64,000 nucleotides of DNA from the NCBI GenBank assembly GCA_964016885.1, contig OZ024756.1, positions 40,548,001 to 40,612,000 of the forward strand, read 5' to 3'. Positions within the stretch are counted from its first letter, which is position 1. Each line of letters starts with the position of its first letter. This DNA is from Eledone cirrhosa (Eukaryota). Both the position numbers and the translations under genes were made by a program. Positions 25,038 through 36,201 of the stretch are shown one piece after another. Below the pieces are notes generated by a model. The model saw only the letters and a list, made by a program, of their open reading frames with translations. It made no database searches and had not been told where the DNA came from.

Positions 25038-26067
25038 TATATATATACACATATATATATATCAAGTGTATGTGTGACCAATATTTACCAACATAATCTT
25101 CCATGGCTCTCTTTTCAACCGTTGTTTGCTGCAGTTTATCTTCCAATTCTTCACCTTTGCCTACAACTTCAATAACAACAATCATTATATAGTTGTGAAC
25201 ATTCCTTTCCCCCCACAGAGCCCAGATACACACCAAAATAATAGACATATTGACAGGTATTGGGTGAGAGATGTCTTCTCTTGTAAAAATAGGTATAGCT
25301 TTTATTATGTAAAATCTCCCCATTTTGGGGCACTTTTTTTCATGGTACTCCCCGTTTGGGTTTTTAGATGTTGGCAGGTCTGCAGTAGCAGAAGACAGAC
25401 ACAGTCGACTATAATGTCAACATTACTGCCATGACATCCAGGAGTTTTTAACGATTGTTGTTACAGTAGATAGATTTCTTTATTTGCCACAAGGGTGCAC
25501 AAGAAATGGGACATTACAGGAAGTACGGCTGGGGTTTTACACTTAAACATTTAAACGTGCAAATAATATAAAATAAATAATAAACAATCGAAATCCCCAA
25601 TAGGAGGGAACGTTACAATTGGGTTGTTTTACACACCGTAGATAGAACAACCCTCAACACAAGGAGCATGTTTTACAAGAGCTCCCGTCCTCTCTCTCTT
25701 GTCATCCTCAACCTACAGGTTTATGTACAGAGTAGACTTATTTTCGCAACATTCACCCATCTTTCAGCAAATTTACAGAGGTACAACACCTCTCTCCCTT
25801 CTTCTGAAATGGTATTCGAAGGTTTTCGTCCGGAGAGGAAGGTATTTTCCCTCAACCCTTTCAATCTAGTCCACCATAACCACCAGACAGAGGAAAACTG
25901 CTTCACCTTCGGTGTTGTTACAGTAGATAGAAAGACAAGACATCTGTCACTAAACTGTAGACACGACAAAGATATTGTAAAATATATAAATATAAGTAAA
26001 ATAATATAAAACCATTTTTTTTGTTGGTCTTCTTGTTCGATTTCGAGGATTTCTTTCTTGACGACAT
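20867..26067 (-). CDS. CCDC153: CCDC153 / DRC12-like coiled-coil protein, copy B (6 exons)
   Basis: Exons 26067-26013, 25160-25089, 24457-24338, 23586-23494, 22641-22511 and 20995-20867 have the same sizes as copy A (55/72/120/93/131), last exon 129. DMTRQYKLMETEM and C-terminal LLSEFGLNPRDI* are typical of the family. Confidence 0.82.
21058..21670. repeat. CAC/CAT-rich compound microsatellite with higher-order repeats
   Basis: Repeated ACCACTACCATCCTCCCCCGACATCATCATCACC blocks. Confidence 0.9.
22247..22454. mobile_element. TTAA-flanked MITE (piggyBac-type) in CCDC153-B intron 5
   Basis: TIR CCCTTTAGCATTTA/TAAATGCTAAAGGG with TTAA on both sides; the paralogous site in copy A (12290-12293) has a single TTAA. 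Confidence 0.9.
22725..23180. repeat. 40-bp minisatellite (~11 copies)
   Basis: Unit TATTTAGTGCCATAGACTAGCTCTATAATCTACCCCTGGG. Confidence 0.95.
23972..24203 (+). mobile_element. 5'-truncated R4/Dong-clade retrotransposon 3' end inserted in (TAA)n
   Basis: Encodes VIGVLGTI...LQKACLLGTATTLRNVLNI*, the typical C-terminus after the restriction-like endonuclease; flanked by (TAA)n on both sides. Confidence 0.8.
24749..25008 (+). mobile_element. ~260-bp hammerhead-containing element (Penelope pLTR/retrozyme-like) inserted in (TA)n; relatives at ~33888-34075 and ~46445-46740
   Basis: Bounded by TA tracts. Shares AAGCACTC(A/G)ACAGA and TATTTTAT-CTGAYGA...GAAATAT with the other copies. Absent from the paralogous intron in copy A. 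Confidence 0.7.
24900..24966 (+). ncRNA. Type I hammerhead ribozyme motif
   Basis: Stem I TATTTTAT/ATAAAATA; CTGACGA 24908-24914; stem II GGA-c-GTACTG...CAGTAC-c-TCT; GAAA 24947-24950; short stem III TATGTA; cleavage after A24958. Confidence 0.75.
25475..25912 (-). mobile_element. 5'-truncated LINE (Tx1/L1-like ORF2 C-terminus) with 19-bp target-site duplication
   Basis: TGTTGTTACAGTAGATAGA occurs at 25456-25474 and 25913-25931. The minus-strand translation includes WWTRLKGLREN...FAERW. The 3' end CCCTTGTGG-CAA-TAAAGAAAT is shared with fragments near 13340 and 42460. Confidence 0.7.
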
Positions 26068-26496
26068 TTTGAATTGGTGTATGTATATAGATGTAATGTA
26101 TACGTGTGTATATATATATATATATATAGATGTAATGTATATGTATTTGTGTGAGTGTACGTATATACAAATTTGTCTGTACTGTATTACTTGTATGTAT
26201 ATGTACTGCGTTGTAAGTATGTGTATATATTCTGTTGTATGTGTATATATTCTGTAGTATGTGTATATATATACGATGTTGTAAGTATGTGTATATATTC
26301 TGTAGTATGTGTGTATATATACTATGTTGTAAGTATGTGTATATATTCTATTGTATGTGTGTATATATACTATGTTGTAAGTATGTTACTAACAACAATA
26401 GCTGTTACCTAGCAACAACCAAGTGACTACTTTAAGGGTCAAAACACTCGAATGATGGTGGTGGGTTCTTACTAATTGTCTTTATTATTGTTGTTG

Positions 26497-26720
26497 GGCG
26501 GTGGGTTGGCTCTAATCGGTAGTTCGTCGGACAACATACTTTAGCGGCATATAGTTCCGGCCCTTTACTTTCTGAATTCAGATCCCCCCCCCTCTGCGAG
26601 GTTAACTATGCCTTTCATCACTACGGGGTCGATATACTGTAGTACCAATAACACACTGGGGTCGATTTAATCGACTTTCACCTTTTCTTCAACTGCTGGC
26701 CTTGTGCCGGAAGTAGATAC
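26497..26720 (+). mobile_element. tRNA-derived SINE (family 1); many copies (e.g. ~10070-10270, 28890-29100, 36240-36565, 41550-41880, 45800-46055)
   Basis: Head GGCGGTGG-TTGGC...GAGTTCAAATCC, then the conserved GCCTTTCATCCTTACGGGGTCGATAAAATAAAGTACCAGTAAT core and GCTGGCCTTGTGCC tail. Confidence 0.85.
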
Positions 26721-26754
26721 AATTATTGTTGTTGAATTCAACAAAAGAAATTCT

Positions 26755-26952
26755 AGACCAGAGGACTTCTCCACCCTTTAGGCCAGACGACTTCTCCACC
26801 CTTTAGGCCAGAGGATAGAGGACTTCTCCACCCTTTAGGCCAGAGGATAGTGGACTTCTCCACCCTTTAGGCCAGAGGATAGTGGACTTCTCCACCCTTT
26901 AGGCCAGAGGATAGTGGACTTCTCCACCCTTTAGGCCAGAGGATAGTGGACA
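26755..26952. repeat. 32-bp minisatellite (~6 copies)
   Basis: Unit GACTTCTCCACCCTTTAGGCCAGAGGATAGTG. Confidence 0.9.
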
Positions 26953-28609
26953 ACTTCCCCACTTTCTACACCAAACGGTAGAGAACTTCTCAATGGTGGG
27001 CGGGAAAATGTTCATTTTTGAAATATTGAGACTGTTTAAACTGGTCAAAGGTAGATAACTCGAGTGAAACAGTGACGGGATCAACTCTTGTAGTATATTT
27101 CTTTCGTTCATTTCTTAGGAAATCTTTCTTTTCCAGACTACAGACAGCAATCCTGGGGCATTGTGGAGAAACGAACAAAGTAGTGCCAAAAAAGAGGGAG
27201 GTACGTTGATCTCCCTCTCTAACTTGGTACAAAGCCAGGAAAGTTCACACACACACATGTATATATACTGTATGTATGTATATATATATTGGTTATTAGA
27301 AATAAAACACATTTGTTATGATCAATTATATATACTCTCAAACCTAACGCAAATCATAGCTAAGATTAATAATAAATTGTAGCAGGATTACGATTCAAAT
27401 TTGAGTGTAGTAGTACGTGTACCTTCAGATAACAGTTCTAGGTAGAAATGATGTGTGGCCTGACAGGCAGGTCAGGTTGGGTGTGTACTGCTCGTTCTGT
27501 TTTGCTAGGGTTGCTATTGCTGGTTGGATGTCTTTCATAACATCAAACACAGTATGTAGTACCATTGGGACCTTCGAGTGGAGGGAGGGGTAGGGCGCCT
27601 CAGGGAAAGTGTGTTACATCTGGCAGTATTGTGGGAGAGTGAGGGTAGGTAGGTATATTTTAATTTAAGTAATCCTTTATATTTTTGTAGAGATTATGCC
27701 ACACAATATCACCCTACCATAGACTACATCATCACCTCACCCCACTACAACCCCTACACTACACACCACCACAGCCACATTTCCAACTACTGATCATCAT
27801 CTGGTTTCAAAGAACAACAAAAATCAAAGAATGAAGGAAGTCAAAGTTACTTTGGATAAAGAATTTCTTTTATATATTACAATAGATCAATAATAATATT
27901 TATTGTATAAATTCCAATAAATCAATTAAAAAAAATACTCTTGATGCAAGGAAATCATTTCAAACTAATTAATTTTTAATTTTAATTTATCACATCTGAA
28001 ATATATTTTGCTGGTCATAATTCAGTTAATTTTCACATTTGTCAACAGCAATTTCTTAAGATGAACCTGGAAAATATAAACAAAATATACAATTATTCAT
28101 CCAGTGACAGTGTATTATATATATTTTTTTTCTTTAGGTCGTTTTGGAAGCCTCAACAATACACCTGCATTGTTGAAGCTTCCAAAACGACCTAAAGAAA
28201 ATATATCTTATTATTCCACAATGCTTCAAGCAAACTTCAATACTCTCATATATATATATATATGTGTGTATATCAGGATAGAGCCAGTTTAAAATTAGTT
28301 AGGCTATTACTGAACAAAGTACTCGATACTTACAGTAGTAGAGTATGACTTTATTATAAAGAGTCAGGGCCCGTTGGCTGAGCTCTTGCAGTTTCAAACA
28401 AGAAATGGAAAAAAAAAGCTCAGCCATCAAGTCCCAACTCTTTACAATATTGTATTATATACATATACATATATATATATATAAGTGGGTGTTATGTGAG
28501 TATATACTTCTACGTATGTAGACACATATATATGTATGTACATACATATATATAAAAATGAATTTAAGAAAAAGTAATAACAATAAATGTTAATTTTCCT
28601 TACCTAACT

Positions 28610-31600
28610 TTACGTTTTTACTAAACCAGCCGTCTTCAGTTTTTCTACTAAATCTTCAACTGATTCCACCTTTTGGCCAGCTTCTCTGACAGGAGGATTC
28701 TCAATGGAAATTATTTTGTGACGAGGAGTTATGTCAACACCAAAATCTGCAGGTTTCTTCTTGGCCAAAGGTTTCTTTTTAGCTTTCTACAAAAGATAAT
28801 TAACAAAAGATAATTGATTGAGTAATAAACTGATAAAAAAAACCTTAAATATCTAAGTAGATAACAACAACAGTAATAATGGGTTGTGATTTAGGTACAA
28901 GGCCAGGAATTTCGGGGGGAAGAGAAAGTCAATTAAATCAACTGCAGTGTATTACTGGTAATATATTTTATTGACCCCGTAAGGATGAAAGGCAAAGTTA
29001 ACCTTGGCGGGATTTGAACTCAGACCATAAAGGACCGTAACTCTATGCTGCAAAGTATATTGTCCAACGCTCTACCGATTACTGTCAATCCACCGCCTTA
29101 ATAACAATAATAATAATGATGATTTATTTGTTATAAGGGCTTGCACTTGCACATACAGTAAACATTCAAACCAGGGTTTACAATACATGTTGGACTCCAT
29201 GAACAGTAGGGGCAAGGACGTTCCTCATTATCATCTAATGTCTGTTTTCCTCGCTAACATGGGTTGGATGGGTCTTCACAGACCGAGTCAGTACTCAAGT
29301 GGAACCACCAACCTCTTAGATGGACAGGGCCACACAGTTTATTTAAATAAATTCCCGTGCTCTACCGAGTGCACTTTAATGTAGCTCCAGTACTAGGGAG
29401 GTTGTCATGTCCTTGACACAAATGAAGGCTCATCATTATCATCATCATCGTTTAACGTCTATCTTCCACGCTAGCTATTTGTTTGGCAAGCTTTCTATAG
29501 TTGGATGCTGTTCTTATCACCAAATACTTTACAGAGCGTACGAGGTGCATTAGATCAACAGCAGGGAGGGTGTTGTGTCCCTATGACACGGCTGAAGGGC
29601 TCTCCCAACTATTTGGCAATAGAAATAGGGTAATGAAAGGATCAATCTGTTTGTTTACCTGACAACACAAGAAAGGGAATAAGTTTTAAATGATTTTATC
29701 ACCTTAGTAACAAGAAATAGATTCCACTTACCATAATGTTTGGCAATGTTGCATAACGAGGCTCGTTAAGCCTAAGATCAGCACTAATTACTGCAGGTAA
29801 TTTTACTTCTATATTTTCTAATCCACCATCAATTTCCCGAGTTACATTCATTGCACCATCATTTATTGTGACCTTTGATGCAAATGTTGCCTACACAAGT
29901 CAGATATTAAAAATAGAAAGGTCAGTGCTTTTATTTTCATGTTTTTTTTAATCAATCATAATCATCACCACTAGCATCAACAACCATCATCATCAACATA
30001 ACCATCACCAGCCACCACCACCATTATCACCACCACCAACCCCACCATTACCACCACCACCATTATCACCATCACCACCACCACCATTATCACCATCACC
30101 ACCATTACCACCAACCCCACCATGACCTTTCTCCTAGTTTTTAATGATTGGATAACCTTCCTAACCCCAACCACTTTACAGTGAGTACAGGGAACATTTT
30201 ACTGTGACTGCCACAACCACATTACAGAGTGGACTGGGAGCTTTTTGTTGTGGAAGTGCCTGTTTATCAAAATAACCTGTAAGTGGCTAAGCACTCCACT
30301 GACATGTGAACCCTTAATTTAATTGTCAGGGAGATTCAGCATGACACAGCGTGTTACAAGGCCTTTTGAATTACTGGTACAACACAGTTCTACAGCTGAG
30401 TGAACTGGAATAATGTGAAATAAAGTGTCTTGCTGAAGGACACAACAGGCCCGTGAGAATCAAATTAATGTGATTTAAACAGCCTAACCAGTAAGCTATA
30501 TTTGTCCACTAGTTTTTCTGTAAAAGTCTGCCCCAATAAATGTTGAGAGTAAGAAGAGCTACCTGTGGCCAGTCTAAGAGAGCTGCTGTCATCTGAGCTG
30601 TTTGGTTGCAATCATCATCAATAGCCTGAAGAAAAACAATAGAAAATATTTAGCTTAGTAAAACATTATGAGAGACAAACATTCTTCCTATTTTGGTGAG
30701 TATATATTATGGAATCAAGAGCAGTTTGGTACCAAAACGGTTAATGGATCATTTCAGATCTGACTCTACATGACATTATTTTCTTAAGACTATAGTGTGT
30801 TATTTGAGACAAATTTGGTTGCTATTTCTAGCGGTATTGAATGACCACATAAAAGCACATTCATAGAACCGTGACAGATTTGGATGATTTCATATCAAAA
30901 GGGTTGATTGTCTTTGTCTTTGAGGAAGTGAAAGATATAATAATTTTCAAACTCTGCTAACTGAAATATTGATTTCTTATTTAGGCCTGAGGTCAGCAAA
31001 TCAACCCCAGAACTTTACTTTATTGACCCCGGAAAGTTGACCACAGCGGGATTTCAACTCAGAACAGAGAAAGTCATAACCAACGATCGTAAAGCATTTT
31101 GTCTGTCTGATGCTCTACCGATCCTGTCAATCAACCCCCACCATCACCACCCCATGGACTCTATTAACTGATATATTGAACATTGAGTATCTACCTGTTT
31201 TCCTAAAAGAAGAATATCTATCTTTTCGTCTTGAGCGATCTTTGCCAATATTTTTGATATGTGGAATGGCTGAACGTTGACATATTCTGCTGGCTTCATT
31301 TCAACATGGATAGCTTTGTCAGCCCCCATTGCCAGAGCTGTTCGTAAGGTCTCCTGAAAACATAAAACACCACAAATGTTAAATACATTAAATAAAAAAA
31401 TACCACTTGCACTTATTTAATTCCTTGGCCATCACAGCTCTCACCACCTCCACCCAGGTCTTCCTCTACTGCAGCTTCTTTCCACTTGGATCTTATGGCA
31501 CTTTTTCACCCAACAATCATCATCCATGCACACTACATGTCCATACCAGTGCAGTCTTCTCTCCTGCACACTACATGTCCATACCAGTGCAATCTTCTCT

Positions 31601-33461
31601 CCTGCACAGTACACCTGATTCCTTTTACACACAGTTTTTCTTTCCTGCCATGTAACATGATTCCACATGTAGCACCACACAAATTATCAAAAGATACATT
31701 AAAAGCCAGTAGTTACCTGTGACTGTGTTGGCCCACATGAGACAGCAATGATTTCTTTGGCAATCTTCTTCTCCTTCAGTCTCACAGCTTCTTCCATGGC
31801 AATTTCATCAAAAGGGTTCATGCTGTGCTTCACCCCATCTGTGACCACGCCACTTTTGTCAGGTTTAACCCTTATCTGAAATAGGGATTTCTCATTTAGA
31901 CACAAGTCCAGCAATTTCGAAACAAGGAGAAAGTTGGTTACATCCACCCCAGTACTTGACCGGTACTTTATTTTATCAATCTCGGAAGAGTGAAAGGTAA
32001 AGTTGACCATGGAAGGATAAGAAATCAGAAGGAAATATTGCCACGAATTTCATTCAACACTTTAACAATCTCTACCAAAACAATGACAGAAGAGATGAAA
32101 ACGGGAGAAATTATACACAAAGGAAAGGATGACTGTTAGATCAGACCAAAGAAACAATGTTTCTATTTGTATTTTCATTGTGTTCATGGTGATAAGGTGG
32201 TGGAGTTTGATTCCCAAACAAGGTGATGTGTGTCCTTGAGAAAGCTACTTTATCTCACATCATTCCAGTACCAGCTGATACTGCTGAGGGTTAACCACAT
32301 GACAGACTGGCTCCTGTCTAAGGGAGGAGTCTTTATTGGTTTAACCCTTTAGCATTTAAATTACTCCATATATATATACTATTGTATTTTCGCGGTATAG
32401 GCTTTACCTCACATAATTATCTCAAATAATATTGAACCTATGAGATTTTGATATTTATTTTGAGTACAATACCTTAAAGTCGGTATGAGCGGCCAGTTAT
32501 GGCCGGTTTGGACACAAAGAGGTGAAAGAAATCTGACCGGTTTAAATACTAAAGGGTTAATAATGTTTGTGGAACCAGGAGAAGCTCCGAGTTTTATCCA
32601 ACCCATGCCAACATAGGAAAAAAAAAGACGTAAAAAAACTAATTGACTTTAGCTCATTAAAATACAATTTTATTGAGGTCAAGGGGGAACAACTAGTCCA
32701 GTCATAAACTAGGACACAGTTTTAGTTACACAAGTATTTACTTTTCAGGTGTCACAGTCCTCTTCAACTGAAGTATGGGGATGAAGTTAGAACAATTATA
32801 TTTTAGAAATTATTAAAAGTTACAAAATATTTGGAAATATTCTACTCTTACACACACACACACATATATATATCATGTTGTTGTTGTTCCAGTTGACGCC
32901 TATGTGGGTAAATCGGACCTCTGACGAGGTTGTATCTCAGGTTTCTTGAGTGTTTTAATGATAGGGACCGCAGTTCTATCATGTTGTTGTTGCTGTTACA
33001 GTTGACACCTATATGAGTTTAGCTGGGCTCTTACGATAGGTTTGATTGGTTTCGTGAGAGAGAGAGACATAAATGCGTGTGTGAAAGAGAAAGAAAAAAA
33101 ACAGTGTGTGTGTGTGTGAGAGAGAGAGAGAAAAACAGTGAAATCTAGTGCCACAGCATGGCCTCAGTCGGATGGCTTGAACAGGTAAAAGAGAAAAGTA
33201 TCTTGAAAAAAGATGAAGAAAAACAGAAGAATTTCACAAGTTTTATGTAATATAAAACTGATTTAAGACAACAACTTTACAAGGGCAAAGGTCGTTATAA
33301 CAACCACTCATGCTTATATATGTATATAGATATATACATATATGCTTATATATATATATATACACACCTGTATCAATACATGGGCGTATATATAAAGGTA
33401 ATATGCCTAGTAATATAGGGAAGAATAAAATTCTTGTCCGAGACAAATAACCTCTGTGTGT

Positions 33462-33523
<62 letters not shown>

Positions 33524-33715
33524 TATAGTATAAGTTTGGTAGAAATATCCAAGGGTAAGAACACTCTGTCCATAAGACGAGTTAAGTATATATATATATA
33601 TTATTAACATATATATATATATATATATAATACGTTTCTATACAATAACCATGTAGGTAGCTTCGCTGCTGAAGAAACATATTATTTCGTAACGAAATAT
33701 TAGTGCTACTGCCAG

Positions 33716-33763
<48 letters not shown>

Positions 33764-34303
33764 TCGTTTCTGAATTTGTTTAGCAAGATTCTTTATCTGA
33801 AATCGTGTGTTGAAACCGATATTGTTATACTTTGGGAGGGTCAATTGGCAGCATGACCCTCCCAAAGTATAACAATATATATATATATTTATTTAAGAGT
33901 TAAACAAGATTCAATGAATACATCAAAGAATGAGTTTTACAATAGATTGGAAGCACTCTACAAGACAATATTTTCCAGAGGACGTACTGTTGAACTTAAT
34001 TCAGTACCTCTGAAATATGTATAATAAAATATAATTGATCACAAGAATATCTATTTTGTTAATATTTGGAATATTATATATATATATAGCTAGAGAGAGA
34101 GAGAGGGGTGTATACATACAATCACGTTTTAAGAAACATTTAATTTATCCAGTAGAAATAAGACAAAAAAGTTTCCTCTCGACTTTAGTTGTTAGAAATA
34201 TAGAAAATAGATGTTAGTGTTGTTCTTTATCAGGAGGAGATATTACCTTTACAGCATAATCAATGACACGCTTCACTCCGACCAAAACACGAAGAGACGA
34301 CAT
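28610..34303 (-). CDS. ETFB: Electron transfer flavoprotein subunit beta (6 coding exons)
   Basis: Exons 34303-34247, 31875-31717, 31353-31195, 30625-30563, 29890-29732 and 28786-28610. [45 protein letters not shown]...[14 protein letters not shown]...[22 protein letters not shown] is unmistakably ETF-beta. Confidence 0.97.
31430..31680 (-). mobile_element. RTE-clade LINE RT C-terminal fragment
   Basis: [18 protein letters not shown]...RGRPGWRW matches the RTE 'RL.W.GHV.RM...RGRP..W' motif; contains an internal ~41-bp duplication. Confidence 0.8.
32345..32556. mobile_element. TTAA-flanked MITE (piggyBac-type)
   Basis: TTAA|CCCTTTAGCATTTAAA ... TTTAAATACTAAAGGG|TTAA. Confidence 0.85.
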
Positions 34304-34689
34304 TTTCTTCTACAACCTAAACAGAGTTACTTACCCTTTTTGGCGTCTCTTCACAAAGAGTTCACATATATCAAACTTCACAACTTCCTGTTTCACGGTT
34401 ACACGTGTTTTTTCCCTTATCGTAATTTCTTTTTTCAGATATATGATGCTTTATAGAATTATAAATCGATCGCAGAATTTGATCAAATCATCTCCAGTAG
34501 TCGACTGGTACTTTATTTCATCGATCTCTATCATGCAAGGACGATACTCAAAGTTGACCTTGTCTGGATTTAAACACGGAACGTAAAAAGACGTTAAAAA
34601 GCGCAAGGCATTTCATACGAAGCCTTCGTGAGTACATTAACTTGTTTTATTTATGGAAAACGAATGCTAACAACAGTCATAAGAAACTG

Positions 34690-34965
34690 TTAGGGCTGGG
34701 GATCCTATAATACTGCCACATGTTTTAATGATAGGACTGGGGCTCATAGAATACTGCTACATGTTAGGACTGGGTCTCCTATAACACTGTAACATGTTAT
34801 GACGGGCTCCTATAATACTGCCACATGTTAGGACTGGGTCTCCTCTAACACTGTAACATGTTATGACGGGCTCCTATAATACTGCCACGTGTTAGGACTG
34901 GGTCTCCTCTAACACTGTAACATGTTATGACGGGCTCCTATAATACTGCCACATGTTAGGACTGA
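34690..34965. repeat. 64-bp dimeric minisatellite upstream of ETFB
   Basis: Repeating ATGTTAGGACTGGGTCTCCT...AACACTGTAACATGTTATGACGGGCTCCTATAATACTGCCAC. Confidence 0.85.
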
Positions 34966-35029
34966 AGTTCCTAGAATGATTAAAACATCAGAAAAGCAAC
35001 TTTTTATGAAGCCAGCAGAACCTACAAAT

Positions 35030-35372
35030 TTGATGGCGATGGTAATCATAATGATGTTGGTGATGGTGATAGTGATAGTGATAATGGTGATGGTGATAAT
35101 GATGCTGGTGGTGATGGTGATAATGATGTTGGTGATGGTGATAATGATGTTGGTGATGGTGATAATGATGATGGTGGTGGTGATAGTGATAATGGTGGTG
35201 GTGATGGTGATAATGATGCTGGTGGTGATGGTGATAATGATGCTGGTGATGGTGATAATGATGTTGGTGATGGTGATAATGATGTTGGTGATGGTGATAA
35301 TGATGGTGGTGGTGATAGTGATAGTGATAATGGTGGTGGTGATGGTGATAATGATGATGTGGTGGTGATGAC
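35030..35372. repeat. (GAT/GGT)n compound microsatellite
   Basis: GGTGATGGTGATAATGAT repeats. Confidence 0.95.
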
Positions 35373-36166
35373 AATGGCTCCAATCAAGGAAGGTGACTAC
35401 AACTTTTGGCCAAGTTGATGGGGATGGTCTCCTCCAAGTTTAAAATGCCCAAAATGTCACTACAGCATCCCTACATAACATTGTTCTAGCAATAGCAATA
35501 CCGTGACACACACATACACATACACACATACACACACACACACACATCTATATATGTGTGTGTGTGTGTGTGAAGGGCGATAGGAAGAAGGTCGAAATAA
35601 GGAAAAGCGAGATTTCATAAGTAGGTGGCTATTTTCCACTTTAGTACAGAAGTACTGAAGGAGATAAGAAAGATAAGTGGTCGGTCTTTCAACATGCTAG
35701 AAATAATAACCCAATGCTCGCTCATCAACTGTCGACATATTACATGCAGGCTGTAATTCTAGGTAACACTGTACGAATTATAAGAAAGGGTGGTCACAGC
35801 TGGGATGTCTTAATGTCTTCTGATCATGATCATACGTTTGTCGCTCCATGGGCCCTGATCAATCACTCCACCTCCTCCATCTCCTTTATCAAGAACTTGT
35901 GATTTCTGCTTGTCGGGCTACGAAACCTGAATCTGTTGCCAGGTTGTTGCTGGACAGGGTCCACACACACATACGAATAAGCATTAAGACAGGTTTCGAC
36001 GCGATTCCATATCAATGTTTTAATCATACAACCGACGTGGAGTGCTTAAACCTGTATACACGCTACTTTTTATTGTGATAGTTCAAACAACACTCACAAA
36101 TAAACTCTTAAATTAAGGACAATACACACCACATGTATACGTATGTGTGTGTACGTATATATATAA

Positions 36167-36201
<35 letters not shown>

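Noticed and set aside
33655-33712. CTGAAGA...GAAATATTA hammerhead-like spacing
   Set aside because: Stem II and stem I cannot be paired convincingly by eye; at best a degenerate relic.
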